The notes under the pieces were generated by a model that was not told the DNA's origin, searched no databases, and was given only the letters and a program-made list of their open reading frames with translations. Below, piece after piece: positions 1 to 8,659 of a stretch of 64,000 bases of DNA. The position numbers were made by a program, and so were the translations under genes. Numbering within the stretch: the stretch's first letter is position 1; every line of letters starts with the position of its first letter. The DNA is from Bdellovibrionales bacterium. GTDB lineage: Bacteria > Pseudomonadota > Alphaproteobacteria > JAIXQD01. Location: positions 28,619 to 92,618 of the forward strand of contig JBFWRI010000003.1 of NCBI GenBank assembly GCA_050248995.1, given 5' to 3'.

Positions 1-512
1 GCACGCACATCCTTGCGCACGATATCGGCTGTGTGGCGGCGCAGCGGGATATCCAACTGGCCCAGCGGCTCGTCCAGCAGGTACAGCCGCGGCGCCAGCG
101 TCAGCATACCGGCCAGCAACACGCGCTGCTGCATACCGCCCGAGAGCTGCTGCGGACGCAAACTAGCCTCTGCTTCCAGTTGCAGGCGAAAAAGGAAATC
201 AGCGGCGCGGGCCGCATCCACGGGTCTGCCGGCCAGCCGCGAAGGCAGCAAAGCGTTTTCCAAAGAATTTAGCCACGGCGCCAAAGGCGCACTTTGCCCC
301 ATATAGCCGATATCTGCGCTTGGCCGCGCCAACGTGCCTGTAATCGCGCCCGCGTCCTCTTTCTCCAGTCCCGCGAGAATGCGCAGCAACGTCGTCTTGC
401 CGCCGCCGCTGGCGCCCAGCAGCGCGACGATTTCACCATCCTGCACGTCAAAGGCGACGTCCTGCAGCACCGGCCGGTCGAACGATTTTGTAAGACCGCG
501 AACGGAAAGCAT
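1..512 (-). CDS. ABC transporter ATP-binding protein (NitT/TauT family); partial, C-terminus lies beyond window start
   Basis: Minus-strand ATG at 510-512 gives MLSVRGLTKSFDRPVLQDVAFDVQDGEIVALLGASGGGKTTLL... with Walker A GASGGGKTT and downstream LSGGMQQRVLLA signature. No stop before position 1. Not in ORF track because it is edge-truncated. Confidence 0.85.
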   Translation of the reverse strand, partial: MLSVRGLTKSFDRPVLQDVAFDVQDGEIVALLGASGGGKTTLLRILAGLEKEDAGAITGTLARPSADIGYMGQSAPLAPWLNSLENALLPSRLAGRPVDAARAADFLFRLQLEAEASLRPQQLSGGMQQRVLLAGMLTLAPRLYLLDEPLGQLDIPLRRHTADIVRKDVR

Positions 513-1496
513 CTAGTGGTGGGCCTTATGAGCGGATTTTTGCGCAGCTTCGGCAAACCGGTTATCAACCGACTCGGTGGTCGCCTGCGGCTTCTTCAGC
601 TCACCGCTTTCAAGGCGCGTCTGCAGCGTGCGCTGCCACAGCTTGTCATCAACCACGATGCTCTTCGGATAAAGCTTTTCGCCCAGCATCATATCAACAG
701 CATGGTTGCGCACCTTCGCATCCATGTCTGGATACAGCTTGGCCGCCACCTGATAACTGATTTTCGGGTCATTATACATCTGCGTTACGGCGGCCTGCAG
801 TGCCGACACGAACTTCTGCACCAGTTCGGGGCGTTCGGCGATGGTCTTATCCAATGTCTGGATGCCGGTAATGGCCTGCCGGTCGACAAACGGTCCCACG
901 CGCAGCACGCGGCGATACCCCTTGGCTTCGGCCACGCTGATGTTCGGTTCGATATCGACGGCGATATCCACGCTGCCAGCTTCCAGCGCGGCAATTTGCG
1001 CGCCAAACGCTGCTTCGACGATCTTCATCTTGTCCAGCTTGTGGTTGCGCTTGATTTCACTGAGCTGCGTATATGTCGTAGATGGCGCACTGAACGAGCT
1101 GACGCGCAGGCCGTCCAGCTGTTTCGGATCCTTGATATCGGCGATGGCCGGGTTGTTCGTCACGCCTGTCAGGCCAAGACTGGTGATCATCATCGCCACA
1201 ACCTTGCCCGGCCCGCCTTTTTCACGGGCGATGGCGGCAAATACCGGGTCGCCGATCGAAAAGTCGGCCTCGCCGCTCAGCAGCAGGCTAAATGACATGT
1301 TATCGTTGCCCGGGAATTTCAGGCCGACATCAAGACCCTCGGCTTTGAAGTGCCCTTCTTCCATCGCCACATATAACGGCAGATACAACAGGAATTTCCC
1401 CTGCCCGAAATGAGCCAGCGTGACTTTTTGCAATTCGGCAGCCTGCGCCGGCAGAGCAAAAAGAAGTGCGATCAGAAGAGCCCAAGCTTTTGTCAT
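513..1496 (-). CDS. ABC transporter periplasmic substrate-binding protein (NMT1/THI5-like, SsuA/TauA/ThiY family) with signal peptide
   Basis: 327 aa. N-terminal signal MTKAWALLIALLFALPAQA. Family-typical content for sulfonate/HMP-type binding proteins. Stop abuts the ATG of the downstream ATPase (TAGATG). Confidence 0.8.
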   Translation of the reverse strand: MTKAWALLIALLFALPAQAAELQKVTLAHFGQGKFLLYLPLYVAMEEGHFKAEGLDVGLKFPGNDNMSFSLLLSGEADFSIGDPVFAAIAREKGGPGKVVAMMITSLGLTGVTNNPAIADIKDPKQLDGLRVSSFSAPSTTYTQLSEIKRNHKLDKMKIVEAAFGAQIAALEAGSVDIAVDIEPNISVAEAKGYRRVLRVGPFVDRQAITGIQTLDKTIAERPELVQKFVSALQAAVTQMYNDPKISYQVAAKLYPDMDAKVRNHAVDMMLGEKLYPKSIVVDDKLWQRTLQTRLESGELKKPQATTESVDNRFAEAAQKSAHKAHH

Positions 1497-1574
1497 GTTT
1501 CTACCTACAATTAAAAATCTGCATACAACGTACAGGAAGCGAGAAAGCTGCGGAAGTCCGTAAAGACGGCTTAC

Positions 1575-1946
1575 TTAGCGAGTAAGTGCCTTAAGGCGGC
1601 GCTGGCGCAAATAGCTTTTGGCCGCGGCCCGTCCGGCTTTTGGTGCCTTCAGCATGCCAATCCGGTGCTTTTCATCCAACCACATGCCGGTGACCTTCTG
1701 GAAGAATGCATCGCCGCCCGGCTTGCTGACAGAGCCGGTTGAAAGACCCAGAACAAAACTGCTGTAGGAACTTTTACGAAAGAAGGCCAGAAAGCCCAGG
1801 CCAAACTGCGCGCACTGAAGGTCTGATTTATGGTGACGCAGCGCTTCGTCGGCAATGGCGTCAAGTGCGCCAAAATCACGTTTCGCAAGCGCCGCATCGG
1901 CGGCTGTTTTCATTTGTGTATATTTCCTGAAATTATTCTTTTTCAT
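1575..1946 (-). CDS. hypothetical protein (123 aa)
   Basis: ORF preceded by strong SD AAAGGAGA 4 nt upstream of ATG. No recognisable domain. Confidence 0.5.
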   Translation of the reverse strand: MKKNNFRKYTQMKTAADAALAKRDFGALDAIADEALRHHKSDLQCAQFGLGFLAFFRKSSYSSFVLGLSTGSVSKPGGDAFFQKVTGMWLDEKHRIGMLKAPKAGRAAAKSYLRQRRLKALTR

Positions 1947-1969
1947 TTTATCTCCTTTTTAAAGTATCC

Positions 1970-4765
1970 TCAGTGCGCCATCGCCCAGTTATCGGCGATC
2001 CCTGCTTCGCAAACCAACGGTACAGCAACAAGTGCGGGGTCAGCAACGCTTTCCATGACCTTTTTGGCCAGCGCCGCTGTCGCCTCGGCCTCGTCCGCCG
2101 GCGCTTCCAGCACCAGCTCGTCATGCACCTGTAAAATCATGCGGCCTTTCAATCCGACAGCACGCAACGCCGGCGGCAGTGCGATCATCGCCCGTTTCAT
2201 GATATCCGCCGCGGTGCCCTGCAGCGGTGCGTTGACGGCCTGCCGTTCGGCATACTGACGGCGGGCGGCATTCTTGTCGGCGATGCCCGGCACCCAGCAG
2301 CGGCGCCCATACAGCGTTTCCACATAGCCTTTGGCGCGCGCCTTATCTTTCTGCGCTTCCATAAATGTGCGCAATTCGGGGAAGCGGCCAAGATAACCGC
2401 CGATGAAGGCGTTGGCTTCGCCCGGCGAAATACCCAGCTGTTTTGCAAGCCCAAAGCCCGAGATGCCGTAGATGATGCCGAAGTTGATCGCCTTGGCGCT
2501 GCGGCGCTGTGCCGGTGTCACTTCGCTCAGCGGCACGCCCAGCACCTGGCTGGCTGTCAGCGCATGAATGTCGACACCGTCTTTAAACGCCTGCGCCAGC
2601 GCCTCGACGCCCGCCATCGACGCCGCCAGACGCAGTTCAATCTGCGAGTAATCAACGCTGATCAGCTTGCTGCCTTCTTCGGCCACGAAGGCGCGGCGAA
2701 TTTCGCGGCCGTCTTCGGTGCGGATTGGGATGTTCTGCAGGTTCGGATCGGATGATGACAAGCGGCCAGTTGATGTGATGGCCAGCGCGAACGACGTGTG
2801 CACGCGGCCGGTACGCGGGTTGATCTGTTCCTGCAAGGCTTCCGTGTAGGTGCTGCGCAGTTTCGAAACCCCGCGCCAGTCCAGCACTTTCTGTGCAATT
2901 TCATATTCGTCGGCCAACGGCTCCAGTATTTCGACGCCCGTGGCATACGCGCCGGTCTTGCTTTTAGTGCCGCCTGGCAACCCCATTGCGCCGAACAACA
3001 CGTCACCCAGCTGTTTAGGTGAGCCAACATTGAATTCCTGACCGGCCAGTTTATAAATTTCAGTCTCCAGCTCCGCCTGCTGCTTCGCAAAGCGCTGCGA
3101 CAGCCCCGCCAGCACGGCGGCATCAATCTTCACGCCCGCCGTTTCCATATCGGCCACCACGGCCACCAGCGGGCGCTCCATGCGCTCGTAAATCCGCGAG
3201 ATGCCTTCGCGCTGCATATTCCCCTTGATGGCCAGCCACAGGCGCAGCGTGAAGTCGGCATCTTCGGCGGCGTATTGCGTGGCTTTGTCCAGCGGCACAC
3301 GGTCGAAGGTGATCATATTCTTGCCCGTGCCGCAGACTTCGCTGAACGGAATCATCTTGTGGCCGAAGTAGCGCTCGGCCAATTCGTCAAGGCCATGACC
3401 ATGCAGCCCCGCACCCATCACATACGACAGCAGCATCGTATCGTCGTGCGGCGTTACATCAAAACCGTTGGCGCGCAAAACCTGCAAATCAAACTTCAGA
3501 TTATGCGCCACTTTCATGATGGCCGGATCGGTCAGCAGGGGATTCAGCGCGCTTATAACGTCTTTCAACGCCAGTTGCTGCGGCCTTTCGGCCAGCGCCA
3601 GCCCACCATCGCGGTCGATACCGTGGTTCAGCGGGATATAGCACGCATCGCCCGGCGCTACTGCCAGCGATATACCCACCAGCAGTGCTGTTGACGGTGT
3701 CAGACTATCGGTTTCCGTATCCAGCGCCAACGCCTGCACGTTCCTGATCTTTTCAACCCACTTGTGCAGCTGGCCGGTTGTTGTCACACATTCATAGTGT
3801 GCATCCATGCCTGTCAGCGCCATGGCGGATGCTACCGATACCGCTGCTGCGGCTGCAGGCTTGGCATTTTCGGCACGCTCGGCCGATGCTGGTGGCGGGA
3901 TATCGGCCCCCGACAACCCCATGCGCGTGATGATCGATTTGAAACCCTGCTGCTGCAAGAAAGCCGCCAGCGTCGTGTTATCCTTATTCACATTCAGGTC
4001 TTCAAGCGCAACCGGCAGCGGCACATCGACCTTCAGCGTCACAAGCTTTTTTGAAATGCGCGCTAGTTCGGCATTATCAATCAGCGTCTGGCGGCGCTTG
4101 GGCTGCTTGATTTCTTCCGCGCGCTGCAACAGTGTTTCCAGGTCGCCATAAATGCCGATCAGTTCGGCGGCCGTCTTCACACCAATGCCAGGCACGCCCG
4201 GCACGTTGTCGGCGGAATCGCCGGCCAGCGCCTGCACATCCACAACCTTTTCCGGCCCCACGCCGAATTTGTTCATCACGTCATCAAGTGCCAGTGTCTT
4301 GCCTTTCATCGGATCGAACAGCTCGATCCCGTCGTCCATCAACTGCATCAAGTCCTTGTCGCCGCTGACAATCACCACGTCTTCGCCGCGCGCCTTGGCC
4401 GCCAGCGCATAAGACGCCAGCAGATCATCGGCCTCGAAACCTTCCATTTCAATCGCCGGCAGGCCGAACGCGCGCGCTGCTTCTTTTACCAGCGCAAACT
4501 GCGGGATCAGGTCTTCCGGCGGCTCGGGACGATGCGCCTTGTATTCGGGGTAAATATCCATGCGGAAGGTTTTGCGCGCCGCATCGAAAATCACCGCCAT
4601 GTGCGTAGCGCCCAAATCTTTTTCCAGCTTTGCCAGCATATTGCAAAAGCCCATCACGGCACCAACTGGTGTGCCGTCAGCGCGCGTCAATGGCGGCAGT
4701 GCGTGATAGGCGCGGAAGATAAAACCCGAGCCATCAACCAGATAAAGTTTCTTCTTAGTGGCCAT
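1970..4765 (-). CDS. polA: DNA polymerase I
   Basis: 931 aa from MATKKKLYLVDGSGFIFRAYHALPPL (the ORF-track start 4837 is an upstream in-frame extension). 5'-3' exonuclease, 3'-5' exonuclease and polymerase regions are recognisable across the length. Ends DNWAMAH. Confidence 0.95.
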   Translation of the reverse strand: MATKKKLYLVDGSGFIFRAYHALPPLTRADGTPVGAVMGFCNMLAKLEKDLGATHMAVIFDAARKTFRMDIYPEYKAHRPEPPEDLIPQFALVKEAARAFGLPAIEMEGFEADDLLASYALAAKARGEDVVIVSGDKDLMQLMDDGIELFDPMKGKTLALDDVMNKFGVGPEKVVDVQALAGDSADNVPGVPGIGVKTAAELIGIYGDLETLLQRAEEIKQPKRRQTLIDNAELARISKKLVTLKVDVPLPVALEDLNVNKDNTTLAAFLQQQGFKSIITRMGLSGADIPPPASAERAENAKPAAAAAVSVASAMALTGMDAHYECVTTTGQLHKWVEKIRNVQALALDTETDSLTPSTALLVGISLAVAPGDACYIPLNHGIDRDGGLALAERPQQLALKDVISALNPLLTDPAIMKVAHNLKFDLQVLRANGFDVTPHDDTMLLSYVMGAGLHGHGLDELAERYFGHKMIPFSEVCGTGKNMITFDRVPLDKATQYAAEDADFTLRLWLAIKGNMQREGISRIYERMERPLVAVVADMETAGVKIDAAVLAGLSQRFAKQQAELETEIYKLAGQEFNVGSPKQLGDVLFGAMGLPGGTKSKTGAYATGVEILEPLADEYEIAQKVLDWRGVSKLRSTYTEALQEQINPRTGRVHTSFALAITSTGRLSSSDPNLQNIPIRTEDGREIRRAFVAEEGSKLISVDYSQIELRLAASMAGVEALAQAFKDGVDIHALTASQVLGVPLSEVTPAQRRSAKAINFGIIYGISGFGLAKQLGISPGEANAFIGGYLGRFPELRTFMEAQKDKARAKGYVETLYGRRCWVPGIADKNAARRQYAERQAVNAPLQGTAADIMKRAMIALPPALRAVGLKGRMILQVHDELVLEAPADEAEATAALAKKVMESVADPALVAVPLVCEAGIADNWAMAH

Positions 4766-4967
4766 CGTTATCGGCGTGCGGATCCAGCACAAAACGGCGG
4801 CCACAGTAACCGCAATCCACCGTGCCGGCATTGCCAATCGTCAGGTATGTCAACGGGTGGCCCAGTGCGCCGGTTGATGCGCCCGCGCCGCCATCGCAGC
4901 CAATCGTACGCTGGCTGACCGTGATAGTTTCCAAAGGTTCGGTTTCGGGTGCGGGATGCCGGATCAT
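4755..4967 (-). CDS. zf-CHCC family zinc-finger small protein
   Basis: 70 aa. Pattern C..GG...GHP.TYL.....G...CGYCGRRF matches the CHCC zinc-finger domain. Overlaps polA start by 11 nt. Confidence 0.55.
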   Translation of the reverse strand: MIRHPAPETEPLETITVSQRTIGCDGGAGASTGALGHPLTYLTIGNAGTVDCGYCGRRFVLDPHADNDGH

Positions 4968-5059
4968 GGCCTTAAATTAGCGAATTCCAAGGCAGATGCA
5001 ACACGCTGGATTTTGCGGTATTATGGCCCTATAACGTGCCCCATAGCATTAACTGGTAT

Positions 5060-5136
5060 GTTCCCGTAGCTCAACTGGATAGAGCGTTGCCCTCCGAAGG
5101 CAAAGGTTGGAGGTTCAAGTCCTCTCGGGAACGCCA
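5060..5136 (+). tRNA. tRNA-Arg (anticodon CCG)
   Basis: Cloverleaf folds by eye: acceptor GTTCCCG/CGGGAAC, D-stem GCTC/GAGC, anticodon stem TTGCC/GGCAA with loop CTCCGAA, T-arm GGAGG-TTCAAGT-CCTCT, 3' CCA encoded. Confidence 0.9.
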
Positions 5137-5154
5137 GACATCAAAAAAGAAGCC

Positions 5155-5979
5155 ATGGTCACAGTATATCCTCTCAAGTACGGGAAAATTCATCTCAACA
5201 GAGCTCCACGTGAGGAGAGTCGTTTTTACCTGCGCTTGAATCAAGTTATTAATGACATAAAAATGCTCCAGATAATTGGTTACGCTTGCACCGGCTATAC
5301 CCGGAAAGGAGATAAGGATCCTGTAGTACGACACGCCCAGGATGCAATGCTTATCTTTACTTGGAGAATACTTTGTGGGCGACTTTGGGAGGGCTATAAA
5401 CTTCTACGAGAACATGGACAGATAATTAACGCTGCCGACTTATCCGGCGAAGGCGAAACGCCAGAACAAGGAAAAGAATCGCTCAAAAAGGTTCACTCTT
5501 ACTTCAAGGGTAAAAGCCTCATTCAAAAAGTGCGTGATAAAATTGGCTTCCACAATATTGCAGATATTCAAGAAAGTGCCTTTGATTTAATTCCTGCAAC
5601 AGATGTTATGGTTGAGTATATTGGCGATATGCAAGGACATTTCTTTTTCGCCGGTGCTGAATTCCTAAATAGGGCTGCAATCACTGCGCTAACTGAGAAA
5701 CCGACTCTAGACGAGGCAATAAATGCTATAATGCATGATATGTTAATGGTATCCGGACTCTTTATCGATATTGGCGATCGCTACGCTGCATTTTTTTGTA
5801 AAACGTACTTAAAGAAGAAGCTAAAAAAGCCCCTCTCTCCCCATATTATAAATGGGGCACCAGAACTTTTGAATCAAGATTTGCGATTTTTTTGCGAACA
5901 TACAAAAAAGTCTAATAAGCCCGCGAGAATACAGCCATTACCGTTGCTGGCTTGCCGGTCAGCACGCAGGCGCCGCTGA
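5155..5979 (+). CDS. hypothetical protein in AT-rich islet adjacent to tRNA-Arg
   Basis: ORF starting MVTVYPLKYGK (the track start 5107 overlaps the tRNA). Markedly lower GC than flanks. No known motif. The 3' 68 nt overlap the proS stop region. Confidence 0.45.
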   Translation: MVTVYPLKYGKIHLNRAPREESRFYLRLNQVINDIKMLQIIGYACTGYTRKGDKDPVVRHAQDAMLIFTWRILCGRLWEGYKLLREHGQIINAADLSGEGETPEQGKESLKKVHSYFKGKSLIQKVRDKIGFHNIADIQESAFDLIPATDVMVEYIGDMQGHFFFAGAEFLNRAAITALTEKPTLDEAINAIMHDMLMVSGLFIDIGDRYAAFFCKTYLKKKLKKPLSPHIINGAPELLNQDLRFFCEHTKKSNKPARIQPLPLLACRSARRRR

Positions 5980-7432
5980 CACTTTTTTGCGCATCCGACG
6001 GGTAACAGCGAATGGTCACGCTCAGTTCCTTCAGCAAGCCTTCAACTGCCGCTTCATCGCCGCAGAACGGTGCCCGCACAAAGCCGATACCATCGCTGTA
6101 GTTCTTGTCTCCGCTGCCGCTGAAGTATTTCTTGAAAGCATCCAGCGTCGTGATGTCGGTGCGGGTGCGATCGCTGCGCAGCTTGGCCGCGGCATCGAAC
6201 AGGCGCTGCTGGTAAGCCGTCAGGTTGGCTTCCATGCCATTCGCCAGATCATCAATCGCAACAAACTCTTTCTTGCCCATCTGGTCACGCCAGTTGATGG
6301 CAACCGAGCGCTTTTCCAGGTCTTTCGGGCCGATTTCGCCGATCACAGGCACGCCCTTCTTGATCCAGCTCCAGCGCTTGTCGGCGCTGTTCATATCGCG
6401 CGTATCAACCTTCACGCGCACAGGCTTGCCGTCAAACTTCTGCTTACGAATGGCGGCTGCAACTTCTTCCGCATACTTCAACACAGCGTCGTTGTCGGCA
6501 CCTTCACGCAGGATAGGTACCAGCACAACCTGCTGGGGCGCAACCTTGGGCGGCAGGCGCAGGCCATCATCGTCGCCGTGCGTCATGATGATGCCGCCGA
6601 TCATGCGGGTTGAAACACCCCACGATGTTGTGTGCACAAACTCTTCGCGACCTTCCTTGCTTTGGAACTTGATATTTGCCGCCTTGGCGAAGTTCTGGCC
6701 CAGATAATGCGACGTACCGGCCTGCAGCGCCTTGCCATCCTGCATCATCGCTTCAATGGCAAATGTCTGCTCGGCGCCAGCGAAGCGCTCGTTCGGCGAC
6801 TTTTCACCCTTGATCACGGGCATCGCCAGCACGTTTTCAGCCACATCGGCATAGACATCCAGCATCTGCAGGGTTTCGCGCATCGCGTCTTCCTTGTCAG
6901 CATGCGCCGTATGGCCTTCCTGCCACAGGAATTCCGCTGTGCGCAGGAACATGCGGGTGCGCATTTCCCAGCGTACCACGTTGGCCCACTGGTTGATCAG
7001 CACGGGCAGGTCGCGATACGACTGGATCCAGTTCGCGAACGCTTCACCGATAATCGTTTCTGACGTCGGGCGCACAATCAAAGGCTCTTCCAGTTCGCCG
7101 TCGGGCTTCAGCTTACCGTCAGGACCTTTTACAAGACGGTGGTGCGTGACGATCGCCATTTCCTTGGCGAAGCCTTCAGCGTGTTCGGCTTCTTTCTGGA
7201 TAAGACTTAAGGGAATGAAAAGAGGGAAGTAACAGTTCTCGTGACCGGTCGCCTTGAAACGGTCATCCATTTCACGCACCAGCAGTTCCCAGATGCCATA
7301 GCCCCAGGGCTTGATGACCATACAGCCGCGCACGCCCGAATTCTCGGCCATGTCGGCGGCTTTAATAACCTGCTGGTACCATTCGGCATAATTTTCGGCC
7401 CGTGTAGGTGACACGGCGGATGAATTGCGCAT
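5912..7432 (-). CDS. proS: prolyl-tRNA synthetase (archaeal/eukaryote-like type, C-terminal Tyr)
   Basis: 506 aa. Class II aaRS motifs. N-terminal ...YAEWYQQVIKAADMAE... and C-terminal ...VFSRAY are typical of the editing-domain-less ProRS type. Confidence 0.9.
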   Translation of the reverse strand: MRNSSAVSPTRAENYAEWYQQVIKAADMAENSGVRGCMVIKPWGYGIWELLVREMDDRFKATGHENCYFPLFIPLSLIQKEAEHAEGFAKEMAIVTHHRLVKGPDGKLKPDGELEEPLIVRPTSETIIGEAFANWIQSYRDLPVLINQWANVVRWEMRTRMFLRTAEFLWQEGHTAHADKEDAMRETLQMLDVYADVAENVLAMPVIKGEKSPNERFAGAEQTFAIEAMMQDGKALQAGTSHYLGQNFAKAANIKFQSKEGREEFVHTTSWGVSTRMIGGIIMTHGDDDGLRLPPKVAPQQVVLVPILREGADNDAVLKYAEEVAAAIRKQKFDGKPVRVKVDTRDMNSADKRWSWIKKGVPVIGEIGPKDLEKRSVAINWRDQMGKKEFVAIDDLANGMEANLTAYQQRLFDAAAKLRSDRTRTDITTLDAFKKYFSGSGDKNYSDGIGFVRAPFCGDEAAVEGLLKELSVTIRCYPSDAQKSVSGACVLTGKPATVMAVFSRAY

Positions 7433-7630
7433 AGAAAAACTCCCTGAAAACAGAAATTACATGATGGATGAAATAAAGAAAAGCAGGCTTGTCCGCTTAA
7501 AGCGGTCGTATAACTGGGTTCAGGGTCCGGTTCGAAGCCATGGAATAGCCATATCACACGCAGGCCGCAGGTTCCACATAATTGCATCAGGCCTTGCCAC
7601 ACGCGGTTAAAGTGGGAAGGATATCACCGT

Positions 7631-8659
7631 ATGATCCCCGATACGCCCAAAATTCTATTTTGCCTGACCGACGCTACCACCAAGGACGGGTTGCACTTTG
7701 AAGCCATGAACACGGCGTTGGCGGCGAAGGGCTTTATTTTTGCCGGCGAAGGCACAACCACCACCGGCAAGGTGCTGTTGGTCTACTTCACGTACGAAAT
7801 CGCGCCGAAGGAAAACATATTCAGCCGGCGCTATCATCTGCATGCGGCATTGCTCCCCCTCAAGCGCGCGCAAACGCTGGCGGCCGACGGCAGCGCTTTC
7901 GCGGCACTTGTCAGCAAGGCCAAACAGGGCGACCGCGACCTGAGACTGCGGCCCGGCGACGAATTTATTGCCGACCTCTCCAGCAACCGCGCGCGCTCGT
8001 CTGTCTGGGTTATCCGGCGCAACGGGCAGAAGCTGTTACGCAAGGCCTTCAATGCCGGCAGCATAGCATTTGTCGAACGCGAAGTTCTGGCCCGCAGCAT
8101 CATCAAGGATACACGCATGGCACCTATCGTCTTGCGCGAGGGGAATGTGCTGTACATGCCATTCTACCAGACAGGCTATGTCTGGCGCGAGGGCCTGCTG
8201 AACTTTTACCCGCGCCCGAAAGCCGCGCAGATCTTTGATTTTCTCGGCGCGATCAACCGCCAGGGCTATTCAATGATCGATATCAACCCCTCAGCCTTTC
8301 TGTGGGATGAAACTGGCGCTTTAAGGGTCGTTGACTTTGAGTTCTTCACGCAAACCCGCGTTGCCGACGATCTGAGAAAAAGCGTCGATTTCATCGGCGA
8401 TGTCGGCCACCTGCCAGCGCCGGCCAAAAATGGTTACAAACGCTACTGGTATGACCCGCTGGGCGGGCCATGGCCCCGTATTATGGAATATAACAAGGGC
8501 ACACGGCTTGTTGTTAAAGCCCTGCACCTGCTGTTTTACCGTTTGCCAAGGCGCGCGGCCAAGACTCTGGATCGCGCCCGCAAATCGGCGCTTACTTATC
8601 TCGCTGCTGCACGCGACCTGAAAGCGGGCGGGCTAAAAGACGGGTACTTTAATATATGA
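7631..8659 (+). CDS. hypothetical protein with atypical protein-kinase-like (Kdo/RIO-kinase-like) fold
   Basis: 342 aa. Segment SMIDINPSAFLWDETGALRVVDFEF resembles the catalytic loop plus the DFx metal-binding motif of Kdo/RIO-type kinases, with the catalytic His replaced by Met. ATGA overlap with the next gene. Confidence 0.55.
   Translation: MIPDTPKILFCLTDATTKDGLHFEAMNTALAAKGFIFAGEGTTTTGKVLLVYFTYEIAPKENIFSRRYHLHAALLPLKRAQTLAADGSAFAALVSKAKQGDRDLRLRPGDEFIADLSSNRARSSVWVIRRNGQKLLRKAFNAGSIAFVEREVLARSIIKDTRMAPIVLREGNVLYMPFYQTGYVWREGLLNFYPRPKAAQIFDFLGAINRQGYSMIDINPSAFLWDETGALRVVDFEFFTQTRVADDLRKSVDFIGDVGHLPAPAKNGYKRYWYDPLGGPWPRIMEYNKGTRLVVKALHLLFYRLPRRAAKTLDRARKSALTYLAAARDLKAGGLKDGYFNI

Noticed and set aside
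294-1295. Long plus-strand ORF (333 aa) and several others antisense to the ABC ATPase/substrate-binding genes
   Set aside because: Arg/Gln/Leu-rich composition typical of the antisense frame of high-GC coding DNA. The opposite strand encodes recognisable ABC transporter proteins.
5107-5154. ORF-track start of the AT-rich gene at 5107
   Set aside because: Would overlap the last 30 nt of tRNA-Arg. An in-frame Met at 5155 just downstream of the tRNA is the more plausible start.
7518-7533. GTTC-agggtccg-GTTC direct repeat between proS and the kinase-like gene, plus 13-nt palindrome CCGCTTAAAGCGG at about 7491-7503
   Set aside because: Spacer is 8 nt, not the 7 nt of the alpha LexA box. The palindrome is short. 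Neither can be called regulatory without more evidence.
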